From Candidatus Hermodarchaeota archaeon (lineage in GTDB: Archaea > Asgardarchaeota > Thorarchaeia > Thorarchaeales > Thorarchaeaceae), in the NCBI GenBank assembly GCA_048885865.1, contig JBHLLF010000001.1, positions 64,001 through 128,000 on the forward strand: a stretch of 64,000 nucleotides of DNA, read 5' to 3'. Position 1 is the stretch's first letter; every line of letters starts with the position of its first letter. A model generated the notes under the pieces. It saw only the letters and a list, made by a program, of their open reading frames with translations, did not search any database and was not told where the DNA came from. Shown here piece after piece: positions 10,250-20,209 of this stretch. Made by a program: the position numbers and the translations under genes.

Positions 10250-11587
10250 TCACATTCCTGGTCTCATATCATCTTCGAGATGAACCTTTACTTCGCCCAT
10301 CACAGGTTGCCTTACCTTTACCAGGATTAGGAGTGCTATGACAAAAACTCCTAGGATGCTGAGCATTGCTACTCTATGTGCCATTGCCTCTCCAAGATTT
10401 GCAGCAAGAGCCAAGACTGTTGCATAAACAAACGGGCCAACAATTGCTGCAAACTTCCCGCTTAGTGCGTAGATGCCGAACATTTCCGTCTTCTTCTCTT
10501 CAGGGATGAACTGACCATACATGCTCCTTGCAGTACTCTGTGAGGAGCCCATCCCGATGCCAGCTATCATTCCTACCGTCCACCAGATAATCTGAGCCTC
10601 GCCAAAGAATGCGATAAGCAAAGCAACTATCCAGATTCCAAGAGTAATCATCAATGTCTTCTTGGTGCCAATTGAGTCTGCAATATAACCAAAGATGAAA
10701 GCCCCTGGAATTGCAGCCAGCTGTGTCACTGCGAAGAATATCAGTATGAGTTCAGTGCTAAAGCCATATACAGCTGCACCAAATATCGCGGCATAGTAGA
10801 TTACGGTACTAATCGCATCAGAGAATAAGAAGTAAGAGGCCAAGAATCTTGGCAATCCTTCATAGTCACTGATCTTGCTAAATGTATTCCTTACACGTCT
10901 GAAACCGATTACTGCGATGTTAACTCCTTCTTCGTCGGGGAACTGGCTTGGAGGTCGTTCCTTCAGCCCGATAATACTTGGAATGGCAAACACAAGAAAG
11001 AATATCGCTGCGAATAGGAATGGCAAGGTCGGATAGTCAGGTAGCATGACGTAGCTCACAAGTGCTATAATGATAGTCAGCATTGCGCCCACATAGCCTG
11101 CAGCATATCCTATGCCGCTGATTCTTCCAACATTCTCCTCAGTACTGATTTCAGGAAGCCAAGCGTTGTAGAATGGCAAAGCTCCCTCAAATCCTATGTT
11201 CGCGATAACGAAGAGGATGAATGCCCACATCCACATTTCTACACCGAGAAATGTAGGCATATCATCTCGTAGGAAGAACATCAGCGAAGTGAAGACGATT
11301 GACAAAGCGGTATAGAATGTCAGGAACTTCTTCTTTGCACCAGTATAGTCAGCCATGGCCCCAAGGACCGGGGATGTAATTGCAATTATTAGCATCGTGA
11401 TGCTCCCTGCATATCCCCAAAGTGTGTCTCCTACTAGAGGATCTCCCACTAGCGTTCTGAAGTATAGTGGGAACAACGCGGTAACGATGAGCACTGTGAA
11501 GCTCGTGTTGGCAAAATCAAACAAGTACCAAGCGACTTTCTCTCTTCTGTCAGTTGGTACTCTTCCGGTCGATTGCTGTTCGCCCAT
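10250..11587 (-). CDS. MFS transporter, ATG22/UMF1-like
   Basis: WYLFDFAN, SPVLGAMAD, FYNAWLP, GKFAAIVGP; about 12 TM segments. Confidence 0.9.
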   Translation of the reverse strand: MGEQQSTGRVPTDRREKVAWYLFDFANTSFTVLIVTALFPLYFRTLVGDPLVGDTLWGYAGSITMLIIAITSPVLGAMADYTGAKKKFLTFYTALSIVFTSLMFFLRDDMPTFLGVEMWMWAFILFVIANIGFEGALPFYNAWLPEISTEENVGRISGIGYAAGYVGAMLTIIIALVSYVMLPDYPTLPFLFAAIFFLVFAIPSIIGLKERPPSQFPDEEGVNIAVIGFRRVRNTFSKISDYEGLPRFLASYFLFSDAISTVIYYAAIFGAAVYGFSTELILIFFAVTQLAAIPGAFIFGYIADSIGTKKTLMITLGIWIVALLIAFFGEAQIIWWTVGMIAGIGMGSSQSTARSMYGQFIPEEKKTEMFGIYALSGKFAAIVGPFVYATVLALAANLGEAMAHRVAMLSILGVFVIALLILVKVRQPVMGEVKVHLEDDMRPGM

Positions 11588-11720
11588 TACATTACTCTCT
11601 CCATGAATCATTATGATTTGAAACAACTCATGCCTTCATATCAGACATAAGTTTCTGCCGGAGCTGCTCACAGAAACTTGAACCGGAAGAGTAAACCATG
11701 AATTCTGCCTAGGTCAAATC

Positions 11721-12113
11721 ATGCACGAAGCAGAGGCACTGAAATTCTGTGAGAGGTGGCTCGCAGCTTGGACTGGCAATCAGCCTGAGATGCTTGTAGG
11801 GTTCTACGCGAAACATGCATTTTATCGCGATCCTGCAAAACCGCATGGTATCAAGGGTCATGACCAGTTGCTACCTTATTTCCAGAGATTGCTTGAGAGA
11901 AACCCTGATTGGGTATGGACTACTTCGAAGGTGTTCCCAACCAAAGACGGTTTCATTCTGAAATGGAAAGCTGAGATACCAGTTGGCTCAAGTGTGCTGA
12001 TCGAAGAAGGCATGGATATTGTCGAAGTCATGTTTGACAAGATAGTTCACAATGAAGTATTCTTTGACCGATCGAATTGGCTGGAAGCATTGAGAGAAGA
12101 CAAATGGTTCTGA
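11721..12113 (+). CDS. SnoaL/NTF2-like protein
   Basis: WLAAW...FY..YRDP...G pattern, EVFFD. Confidence 0.82.
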   Translation: MHEAEALKFCERWLAAWTGNQPEMLVGFYAKHAFYRDPAKPHGIKGHDQLLPYFQRLLERNPDWVWTTSKVFPTKDGFILKWKAEIPVGSSVLIEEGMDIVEVMFDKIVHNEVFFDRSNWLEALREDKWF

Positions 12114-12854
12114 TTATGCAGATAGAGCCTGAAACCAATTCGCAATGATACCGTTGAATCTCTCCCATTGCTCCAGCATGACACTATGCCCCGCCTTGGG
12201 TACCACATGCATCTCCGACCCTTCAATCCTGTCAGCCATGTATTGAGAGTATTTCACTGGAGTTAATGCGTCACTCTCACCTACAATTATCAAAGTGGGA
12301 AGCCTGATATCATTCACTCTTTCCATTATGTCAAATTCATCACACAATTTGTAGTCCCTGTGCGTTATGGATGCTGGACACTTTCTGACTTCGGCCCTAG
12401 AGGCTTCTCTAAGGTCTTCATCCGCATCGCCGTGGAACATGATCTCGCCAACAGCATTCACATAGCCCTCAAAGTCGTTCAGGAGCATATTTAGAATCAT
12501 TGGATTCACTCTGAGTCGTGAACCAGTACCAACAAGTATGATACCTTTTAGCCTATCGGGATTATTGAGAGCATAGAGCTGAGTCAATGCTCCTCCCATG
12601 GAATGCCCACATAGAATTGGATATTCAAATTGGGAAACTACTGAATCAATGTCATCGAGATAGGGGTCAGAGGGATCGGCTTCCATCCGGTCTGGTGTTT
12701 TTCCATGACCGTTGAGATCAAGGCCAATCATATGGAGTCGATCCGAGAGGTGCTTGATCTGCATGTACCATGTTGCTGAAGAGCCACCTGCTCCATGGAC
12801 CATGATAATCGGGCCTGGATTTCCCTTTCCCCGTTCTTCAATGTGGACACTCAT
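12114..12854 (-). CDS. Alpha/beta hydrolase
   Basis: HGAGG, GHG, GHSMGG, Asp (GESD), AGH. Confidence 0.9.
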   Translation of the reverse strand: MSVHIEERGKGNPGPIIMVHGAGGSSATWYMQIKHLSDRLHMIGLDLNGHGKTPDRMEADPSDPYLDDIDSVVSQFEYPILCGHSMGGALTQLYALNNPDRLKGIILVGTGSRLRVNPMILNMLLNDFEGYVNAVGEIMFHGDADEDLREASRAEVRKCPASITHRDYKLCDEFDIMERVNDIRLPTLIIVGESDALTPVKYSQYMADRIEGSEMHVVPKAGHSVMLEQWERFNGIIANWFQALSA

Positions 12855-13017
12855 AATCGTTTTAATGCCTGCTCGTCCTTTGAACCTTGTGAATTTCTGC
12901 AAGAGTTTAAAAGAAGAAGTTTCGCGGTGTGCCTCGTGAGTTTTGTTATGGACATGCTCGATGACGCCCTTTCATAACTATGCTGCCTTCTAGGCCATAG
13001 TAGGAACTTTGGATTAA

Positions 13018-13212
13018 TTGCCACACAAGAAGGGCCGTCGAGGCCAGAAGAAGACCCGCGTTCGTGAGGCTGGTGGTCTTCGCTATCCCCATAAGATGGA
13101 GCGCTGCACTGTCCGTGCGGCTCCCAACTGCAAGGGATGGGCGAATAGCAACACCATGCCCTCCCCGGGTGTCTGCAAGCGCTGTTGGCAGACAATGAAT
13201 TCCAAGAAATAG
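13018..13212 (+). CDS. Small basic C4 zinc-finger protein, ribosomal-protein-like
   Basis: 64 aa, K/R-rich N-terminal tail, C-x7-C...CKRC, TTG start, own terminator. Confidence 0.65.
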   Translation: MPHKKGRRGQKKTRVREAGGLRYPHKMERCTVRAAPNCKGWANSNTMPSPGVCKRCWQTMNSKK

Positions 13213-13239
13213 GGGGTCTATGCCCCCTTCTCGATTTTT
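13211..13239 (+). terminator. Hairpin plus U-tract
   Basis: AGGGGG-TCTATG-CCCCCT followed by TCTCGATTTTT. Confidence 0.55.
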
Positions 13240-13372
13240 CCGTCTAACAACGGTTCGACTGATGCCGATTCGGAGACAAGAGGTTTTTTAATGGGTATGC
13301 GGACAATCAAACTAGTCAAGAGTACTAGTCACTCAAGACTTTCTTGGTGTTATAACACTAGGAGTGAAGAGA

Positions 13373-14434
13373 ATGAGCTCAAGTAATAAAGGCATTATAG
13401 CCATTATCGTCATCGTGATTATTGGCGTTGGCGCTGTTGCAACCTACATGTTTCTAAACCCGCCGGTGCTACCTGATAATCCCGACGAGATAGCTATCGT
13501 GTTTGCCACAGGTGGTCTTGGAGACAAGTCATTCAATGATGGCTGTTTCAAGGGAGCCACCGATGCAGCTGATGATTTAGGCATAAGCTTCACTTATGTC
13601 GAACCAACTGCGATAAGCGAATACGAGGGCTTCCATCGTGCGTACGCAGCACATGCAGACTATGCAGATCCTTATGACCTGATTATCGGCATTGGATTTG
13701 ACCAAGCTGATGCAATTCAGGCTGTTGCAGAAGACTACCCTGACCAGAAGTGGGCAATCGTCGATATGTGGGTCAACGACACTACATATCCGAATGTAGC
13801 ATCTCTGCTATTCAATGAACACGAGGGCTCCGCTCTAGTCGGTGCGATGGCAGGTCTAACAACTCAGACTGGCAAGGTGGGCTTTGTTGGTGGAATGGAT
13901 ATTCCGCTAATCAACAAGTTCGCTGCTGGCTACATCTTTGGTGCAAACTACACCTTCTATGATACGAACGGAACAGAGATTGACTTTGATATTGCATATA
14001 CAAATGACTGGGTTGATACAGCTGCGGGCCAGACTCTGGCTGATGGTATGTATTCAACCGGTTCCGACATCATCTTCGCTGCAGCTGGACGTTCTGGATT
14101 GGGTGTGTTTGACAGCGTTGCTGCAAACAATGCTACCTATGGTCCTCTATGGTGCATAGGAGTTGACTCTCCGCAGATGTATCTGGAACCAGGCCTCGTT
14201 TTGACTTCAATGCTGAAGAGAGTTGATGTGGCAGTCTACAACATCATTGATGATGTAGTTGGTGATACATTCACAACCTTCAACCTATTCACCCTCGCAA
14301 ACGGCGGAGTTGGCTATGAAGTCAATGCCACTCTATATGAGGTTGATGCAGCAATTCTTTCAGCGGTGGAAGATCTGAAAGCCGATATCATCGCCGGTAC
14401 TGTTACCGTACCTGATGCTATCTACTGGACCTAG
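13373..14434 (+). CDS. BMP family ABC substrate-binding protein (nucleoside/sugar), N-terminal TM anchor
   Basis: GGLGDKSFN, VGFVGG, AAAG.SG.G, GVDS.Q, SMLKRVD. Confidence 0.92.
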   Translation: MSSSNKGIIAIIVIVIIGVGAVATYMFLNPPVLPDNPDEIAIVFATGGLGDKSFNDGCFKGATDAADDLGISFTYVEPTAISEYEGFHRAYAAHADYADPYDLIIGIGFDQADAIQAVAEDYPDQKWAIVDMWVNDTTYPNVASLLFNEHEGSALVGAMAGLTTQTGKVGFVGGMDIPLINKFAAGYIFGANYTFYDTNGTEIDFDIAYTNDWVDTAAGQTLADGMYSTGSDIIFAAAGRSGLGVFDSVAANNATYGPLWCIGVDSPQMYLEPGLVLTSMLKRVDVAVYNIIDDVVGDTFTTFNLFTLANGGVGYEVNATLYEVDAAILSAVEDLKADIIAGTVTVPDAIYWT

Positions 14435-14448
14435 TATATAAGAAACAA

Positions 14449-14482
14449 AGGAGAGGCGAAAGCCTCTCTTCTCCCATTTTTT
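14449..14482 (+). terminator. GAAA-tetraloop hairpin plus pyrimidine tract after the SBP gene
   Basis: GAGAGGC-GAAA-GCCTCTC then CTCCCATTTTTT. Confidence 0.55.
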
Positions 14483-14559
14483 CTCATTCTCTCTTCTCAA
14501 GCCACTACTGTTAAGTAGGTCTTATCCCGTCAAATGAGGCAAAGCTGCCCATATTACCA

Positions 14560-16167
14560 ATGCAGGAGGTTATGACCATCTACGCAGTTGAGCTTGAAAA
14601 CATCTTCAAGACTTTCCCTGGCGGAGTTGAAGCAAACAAGGATATCACGCTCCGTATAAAAGAGGGCGAGGTGCATGGTTTGCTGGGTGAGAATGGAGCC
14701 GGGAAGTCGACTCTCATGAATATTCTCTACGGATTACTCAACCCCACATCGGGAACTATCAAGATACGTGGAGAAGAAGTAATCCTAAACTCGCCAACAG
14801 ATGCTATTATTCGAGGCGTTGGAATGGTTCACCAACACTTCAAACTGATTCCTCCATTAACAGTCACAGAAAATGTCATTCTTGGAATGGAGCCCGTTCT
14901 TCGGTCCGTACACGCTGGTGGTGCCCGATTCTCTGCATTACTCCGAAACACTCTTCCAATGAACATTAGCGGGGCAGCAAAGCGAATCAGAGATATTTCT
15001 GTAGAAAATGGCTTGGATATTGATCCTAATGCCAAGATAAGGGATATCTCAGTTGGTCTGCAGCAGCGCGTTGAAATCATCAAAACCCTATATCGGGAGG
15101 CCGAAATTCTAATCCTTGATGAACCTACTTCAGTTTTGACTCCTCATGAAGTAGATGAGCTGTTTGAAACTCTTGAGAAATTCAGGGAACAAGGAAAGAC
15201 GATTATTCTAATCACACACAAATTGAGGGAGCCTATGGCGCTATGCGATCGCATTTCGGTCCTTCGAGATGGTGAACTTGTAGGGACAGTAAACAAGGTT
15301 GATACTTCTCCTGAGGAGCTTGCGCAGATGATGGTTGGTCGACCTGTAGTGTTTAGAGTCGAAAAACCGCCGAACATTCCTGGAGAAGAAGTTCTCCGGG
15401 TTGAAGATTTGCGTGTAAATGACAATCGTGATTTGTTGGCTGTCAAAGGCATATCGTTCTCAGTCAAAGCCGGAGAGATATTTGGCATTGCCGGAGTTGA
15501 AGGGAATGGGCAGACTGAGCTTGTTGAAGCAATAACTGGCCTTCGGAAAGCAATAGGCGGAAAGGTCCTTGTCAGCGGGAACGAAATTACGGGGTCAAGT
15601 CCCCGGAAGGTTAGGGAATCTGGTGTGAGTCATATTCCTGAAGACCGCCACGCTCGGGGTCTCATTCTTCCTTTCACTGTGGTAGAGAATTTGGTATTGG
15701 GAAGTCACTATTTCCCTCCACACTCAACCGGACCCGGAGATTCATTGCTCGATCAAGATGAAAGTGAAATAGCTTCGGACAGACTTGTTAAGGAGTATTC
15801 AATCAAGATTAGAGATTTGAGAAGCAAGGCTAGTACGCTATCAGGCGGGAATCAACAGAAGGTAGTAGTGGCTCGTGAACTTGCTACATCTCCCAAGTTA
15901 GTGGTGGCCGCTCAGCCAACTCGAGGCCTAGACGTAGGTGCCACTGAATATATTCATAGAGTTTTGATACGAATGAGAAATGACGGAGTCGCAGTCTTAT
16001 TGGTATCCGCAGAGCTTGATGAGATCAGAATGTTGGCTGACAGAATCGGGGTGATTTATGAAGGCAAGCTTGTAGCACTGAAAGATCCGGACCAGACAGA
16101 TGCGCGAGAACTTGGCTTGCTTATGGCAGGACATGGCTCGGAAAATGCACAGGAGGCTGCTAACTGA
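14560..16167 (+). CDS. ABC transporter ATP-binding protein (CUT2/nucleoside type, two NBDs)
   Basis: GENGAGKST, ILDEPT, LSGGNQQK, QPTRGLD; start may be ATG 14572 after GGAGG. Confidence 0.93.
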   Translation: MQEVMTIYAVELENIFKTFPGGVEANKDITLRIKEGEVHGLLGENGAGKSTLMNILYGLLNPTSGTIKIRGEEVILNSPTDAIIRGVGMVHQHFKLIPPLTVTENVILGMEPVLRSVHAGGARFSALLRNTLPMNISGAAKRIRDISVENGLDIDPNAKIRDISVGLQQRVEIIKTLYREAEILILDEPTSVLTPHEVDELFETLEKFREQGKTIILITHKLREPMALCDRISVLRDGELVGTVNKVDTSPEELAQMMVGRPVVFRVEKPPNIPGEEVLRVEDLRVNDNRDLLAVKGISFSVKAGEIFGIAGVEGNGQTELVEAITGLRKAIGGKVLVSGNEITGSSPRKVRESGVSHIPEDRHARGLILPFTVVENLVLGSHYFPPHSTGPGDSLLDQDESEIASDRLVKEYSIKIRDLRSKASTLSGGNQQKVVVARELATSPKLVVAAQPTRGLDVGATEYIHRVLIRMRNDGVAVLLVSAELDEIRMLADRIGVIYEGKLVALKDPDQTDARELGLLMAGHGSENAQEAAN

Positions 16168-17669
16168 TGGCTACGATGAATGGTGCTCCTCCTGAACAGG
16201 GCGCCGATACGCAGCAAGAGCCTGAATCTCAGGATAAAGTGGTGCTCTTTCTAATTGGAATAAAGGACAAAATGATGAGTAAGGAGTTTCAGAAACAAGC
16301 CTTGTGGACAATTGGATCCATTATCTTGGCGCTTCTAGTAAGCGGTGTCCTAATCGCATTGACTGGAAATGACCCCTTACTTGCATTCAGCTCACTTGCA
16401 CTTGGCGCCATTGGCCAACTTGACTTAGTGATGAGATACGCAACGCCACTGATACTCACAGGGCTCTCAGTAGCTCTAGCTTTCAGGTGTGGCTTGTTCA
16501 ACATCGGTCCTGAGGGGCAACTATACATGGGCGGGATTGTCGCGGCAATATTCGGTTTCATGGTTTCTCTGCCAATCCTGGTCCATCCTATCGTATGCTT
16601 GGCAATGGGTGGTTTGGCAGGAGCCTGTTGGGGCTTTATACCTGGAATCCTAAAGGCCTATCGCGGAGCTCATGAGGTGGTCACCTCGATGATGCTCTCC
16701 TATACTGCAATACTCCTCACACAGTGGCTCGTCACCTATCCTCTAAAGGAGCAGGGCCCCTATGATTGGATATCACAGACCCCTCGACTCTATGATACTG
16801 CTATTCTTCCCCCACTTTTTGGCAGCAACTACATGCACTTTGGGCTCATCGTTGCTATTCTCTGTGTCATTGGGGTTGACATTCTCATAAACAGAACTGT
16901 GCTCGGATATGAGTTGCGTGCAGTCGGGTACAATGAGAAGGCAGCGGAGTATTCAGGGATAAATCCGAAGAAGAATATCACCCTCGCAATGACTTTCGCA
17001 GGCGCTTTGGCTGGGCTAGCTGGTGCTGAAGAGATAATGGGCACCTATGAACGATTTACTGACAATTGGTCTGGAGGGCTTGGATGGGATGGAATAACTG
17101 TAGCAGTTCTTGGGAGGAATAATCCTTGGGGTGTTCTTGCAGGTGCAATCTTCTTTGGGGCGCTTCGTGCGGGCGGTCAGACCATGCAGCTCAGGGCTGA
17201 TGTTCCTGCTGAGATGGTGAGTGTCATTCAGGGCCTCATAGTGCTTTTTGTGGCAGCTCCACGCATAATTGATTGGCTTGCAAAGCACAATGTGGGTTTC
17301 GCCCATTGGATTCAGAAGAAGCCCAAAATGGCAGTTCCCGCATATGCTTTGGTCATTACTAACTTCCTTTCCATTCTCTTTGCGTTTGGGGGATTAATTG
17401 ATGTTCATATGACTCAAGCTCTCATTCTTATGATCGTAGCTTTCGCATCATTAGGAGCATTCATTCTTACTCTGTCACGAAGAGAAAGGGGTCCATTGAC
17501 ATCCCTCGCCACCTACATTCTATGGATAGTAGCTGCAGGCGTTGGATTGGTGATGGCGACCGAGTATTTGCTCGTACCCTTGATCATCGGTGTCATTGGT
17601 CTTGTCATGTCGCTCTACATCTTCTACATGGCGAAGTCAGCAGGTTTTGACCAAGGAGGTGACGCCTGA
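16167..17669 (+). CDS. ABC transporter permease with C-terminal multi-TM extension
   Basis: FNIG.EGQ, GYELRAVG.N..AA motifs. Confidence 0.9.
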   Translation: MATMNGAPPEQGADTQQEPESQDKVVLFLIGIKDKMMSKEFQKQALWTIGSIILALLVSGVLIALTGNDPLLAFSSLALGAIGQLDLVMRYATPLILTGLSVALAFRCGLFNIGPEGQLYMGGIVAAIFGFMVSLPILVHPIVCLAMGGLAGACWGFIPGILKAYRGAHEVVTSMMLSYTAILLTQWLVTYPLKEQGPYDWISQTPRLYDTAILPPLFGSNYMHFGLIVAILCVIGVDILINRTVLGYELRAVGYNEKAAEYSGINPKKNITLAMTFAGALAGLAGAEEIMGTYERFTDNWSGGLGWDGITVAVLGRNNPWGVLAGAIFFGALRAGGQTMQLRADVPAEMVSVIQGLIVLFVAAPRIIDWLAKHNVGFAHWIQKKPKMAVPAYALVITNFLSILFAFGGLIDVHMTQALILMIVAFASLGAFILTLSRRERGPLTSLATYILWIVAAGVGLVMATEYLLVPLIIGVIGLVMSLYIFYMAKSAGFDQGGDA

Positions 17670-18628
17670 TGCAGGGTATGGATGTGACACTCAATTTGAT
17701 TGGGTGGCTGCTAATGGCAACGCTCCAAAGCTCAACTCCTTTGGTCTTAACCGCTCTCGGCGGGATGTTTTCGGAACGTTCGGGAGTAGTGAATATCGGA
17801 CTGGAAGGTATGATGCTAATAGGAGCCTTCAGTGCTGTCGCAGCAACATACTTCACAGATAATCCTTGGATGGGCATTCTTGTGGCAATGATTTCAGGCG
17901 GAATGCTCGCTGGAGCACATGCTATTGTCTGCGTCAAATTCAAGGGCGATCATATCGTGAGTGGCACCGGCGTAATTCTGTTCGGAGGAGGTTTTACCAC
18001 CCTAATGCTTGATGTAGTATGGGGCCGTCGAGGTTATTCTGAACAGGTTACGCAGCTTCCAAAAGTCAATTTGCAGCCATATATTGGCGACATACCCATT
18101 ATTGGAACTGCATTTGGCAATCTCTCACCCATTGTCTATTGGATGTTCATTATAACAGGCATTTCGCTATATGTGCTATACAAGACACCTTTTGGCCTTA
18201 GACTTCGGGCGGCTGGAGAGGATCCAAGCACTCTTGATGCTGCGGGTGTGAATGTGGAGTGGACTCGTGCTATTGGAGTTATCCTTAGCGGATGCCTCGC
18301 AGGTCTTGGAGGTGCATATCTTTCAATAGGATTTGGCTCCGCCTTTGGGAAACTGATGACATCCGGTAGAGGATTTATCGCATTGGCTGCCATGATTTTT
18401 GGCAATTGGACCCCGATAGGTTGTCTCCTGGCTGGCATATTCTTTGGATTCCTGAATGGCCTTCAGTATGCTCTGGTGTTAGCACCAGGATTTGAATGGC
18501 TGCAACCATACAACAATTTCATTCAAATGATACCCTTCATACTAGTAATTGTCGCACTATCTGGAATACGTAAGTCAATACCACCGAAGGGAATTGCGAA
18601 ACCTTATGAAAAAGAAGCAAAAGCATAG
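17669..18628 (+). CDS. ABC transporter permease
   Basis: SERSGVVNIGLEG, GLRLRAAGE, GRGFIALAA. Confidence 0.92.
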   Translation: MQGMDVTLNLIGWLLMATLQSSTPLVLTALGGMFSERSGVVNIGLEGMMLIGAFSAVAATYFTDNPWMGILVAMISGGMLAGAHAIVCVKFKGDHIVSGTGVILFGGGFTTLMLDVVWGRRGYSEQVTQLPKVNLQPYIGDIPIIGTAFGNLSPIVYWMFIITGISLYVLYKTPFGLRLRAAGEDPSTLDAAGVNVEWTRAIGVILSGCLAGLGGAYLSIGFGSAFGKLMTSGRGFIALAAMIFGNWTPIGCLLAGIFFGFLNGLQYALVLAPGFEWLQPYNNFIQMIPFILVIVALSGIRKSIPPKGIAKPYEKEAKA

Positions 18629-18629
18629 A

Positions 18630-18660
18630 GATGCCGCTGCTTTTATGGCGGCGTCATTTT
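18630..18660 (+). terminator. Hairpin plus U-tract ending the ABC operon
   Basis: GATGCCGC...GCGGCGTC-ATTTT. Confidence 0.5.
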
Positions 18661-18720
18661 ATATCTTCGACTACTGTCAGGATTACCTTTAAAACGAAAC
18701 CATCCGGGCGATGAGTTACC

Positions 18721-19167
18721 TTGAAGAGAATTCACAACAGGAACCCGCTGATGCTCTGTTTCATTGGCGGGTTACTTATGATATCCTCTGGTGCGAGCGG
18801 AGCGATTGGTACCCTTGCCGAACTAGCTCCTCACCTAGGGAATCTTTTCGGGACAGGTTTTGCCCTAACCTTTGATATCATTATGGGGATTCTTGCGGCT
18901 TTGACACTCATCGGTGGTGTTGGTGTCATTGTTGGAGGCCTAGTTCTGACTACACGTTTCTATCTACTTGGAAGAGTTGTTGTTATATTATGCATCGTGA
19001 TGGGCGTCTCAGGCCTCATCATGAGTCTTATCCAATTACTAATGGCTGGAACCCTGATGATGGGTCTATCCATTCAACTTGCTCAATCGGTTGGCTGGAT
19101 CGGTGCGATGTTCTCATTGATTGCTCAGACAATTGCCGAGCAGCCTTCAATGCTTGTTTCACGGTGA
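18721..19167 (+). CDS. Hypothetical 4-TM membrane protein
   Basis: Gly-rich hydrophobic segments. Confidence 0.7.
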   Translation: MKRIHNRNPLMLCFIGGLLMISSGASGAIGTLAELAPHLGNLFGTGFALTFDIIMGILAALTLIGGVGVIVGGLVLTTRFYLLGRVVVILCIVMGVSGLIMSLIQLLMAGTLMMGLSIQLAQSVGWIGAMFSLIAQTIAEQPSMLVSR

Positions 19168-19171
19168 AGCG

Positions 19172-19567
19172 TTACACATCAAGAACTGAAACGGATGTTT
19201 CGAGCAACTTAGCAGCCTGAATGCACTCACGAAGAATCCCTGACTTATCTTGATCCATCGGTGCGAAGCACGATACAAACCAAACTCCCTTGCCTGTGCC
19301 CACAATGAGGGCTATGGCACCTTCTGGATTTATCGCGACAAATCCATTCTCCTCAGTCATAGCGCTCAGGAATGAGATCTGCTTGACTACGAAATTGCTC
19401 GTTCCCCCATTCCAGGCACTGAAGATTGCATGGAGATCATTTACGGAAAGCTGCATATTGTCAGTTGCATACGCGATTCTCCCTTCATAGGAGAATGCAG
19501 CAGAGCCAATGATTCCTTCATAGTTGGACATTGCGATGTCTATAGTCCTCTTGATGCGCATGACCAT
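19172..19567 (-). CDS. Profilin-fold protein (Asgard profilin-like)
   Basis: 131 aa; pattern of N-helix, GSAAFSYEGRIAYATDN, SNFVVKQISF, VAINPEG, C-helix recalls Asgard profilins. Confidence 0.68.
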   Translation of the reverse strand: MVMRIKRTIDIAMSNYEGIIGSAAFSYEGRIAYATDNMQLSVNDLHAIFSAWNGGTSNFVVKQISFLSAMTEENGFVAINPEGAIALIVGTGKGVWFVSCFAPMDQDKSGILRECIQAAKLLETSVSVLDV

Positions 19568-19621
19568 TCTTATGTCCCATTATGAACTCCCTCTAATGAT
19601 AGAAATAGGTATGTGGCGTAT

Positions 19622-20209
19622 CTAGTTGGATGTGAACATCATTGCTTTTGCTAGAAGCAGAGTTCTTGCATGAAGCTCCTCGTTAGATACGTGAGATGTC
19701 AACCGGCTACCCTTGACAGACATACCATGCCTTAGCGCAATGGCCTCAAGGTTATCGCCAAGCAATCTTGATGATGTTAGCCGATAGTTGAACCAATCTC
19801 CGTCTGCTCCCTTTATTAGACAATTGACATCTATATAGCGATCATCGTCAAGCAGTACTCTGAAATTCTTCCCTATAGACTGCTTAATTGTCACATCTGC
19901 ACCAAGGATACCCCTTAGGACTCCCTCGGTGAATATCGTGGCTGGACTCGGGAGGAAAGCCCAGGTCCAGAAGCTATATGCTAGTACCATGAGGCAGAGA
20001 GCCAGGAAGAAGCCTATGGTGTTGTATGATGCTATTACTTCGAACCCCTGTATCCACCCATCCGAGAATATCTCGGGCGGCGTCAAGTCAAAGATCCCTG
20101 GCGAATAGAAGAGATAGAAGGAAATGGTGCCCACTATAAGGATTGCAGAGAATGCAATCTTCTCTCTCTCCTTGTAAAGCGCTCTTGCGTTCGTGAGCAG
20201 CTCGTCCAT
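19622..20209 (-). CDS. Hypothetical 2-TM membrane protein
   Basis: TAATG stop/start coupling with the upstream wHTH gene. Confidence 0.7.
   Translation of the reverse strand: MDELLTNARALYKEREKIAFSAILIVGTISFYLFYSPGIFDLTPPEIFSDGWIQGFEVIASYNTIGFFLALCLMVLAYSFWTWAFLPSPATIFTEGVLRGILGADVTIKQSIGKNFRVLLDDDRYIDVNCLIKGADGDWFNYRLTSSRLLGDNLEAIALRHGMSVKGSRLTSHVSNEELHARTLLLAKAMMFTSN

Noticed and set aside
13250-13262. tRNA T-loop-like GGTTCGACT
   Set aside because: No flanking stem or cloverleaf
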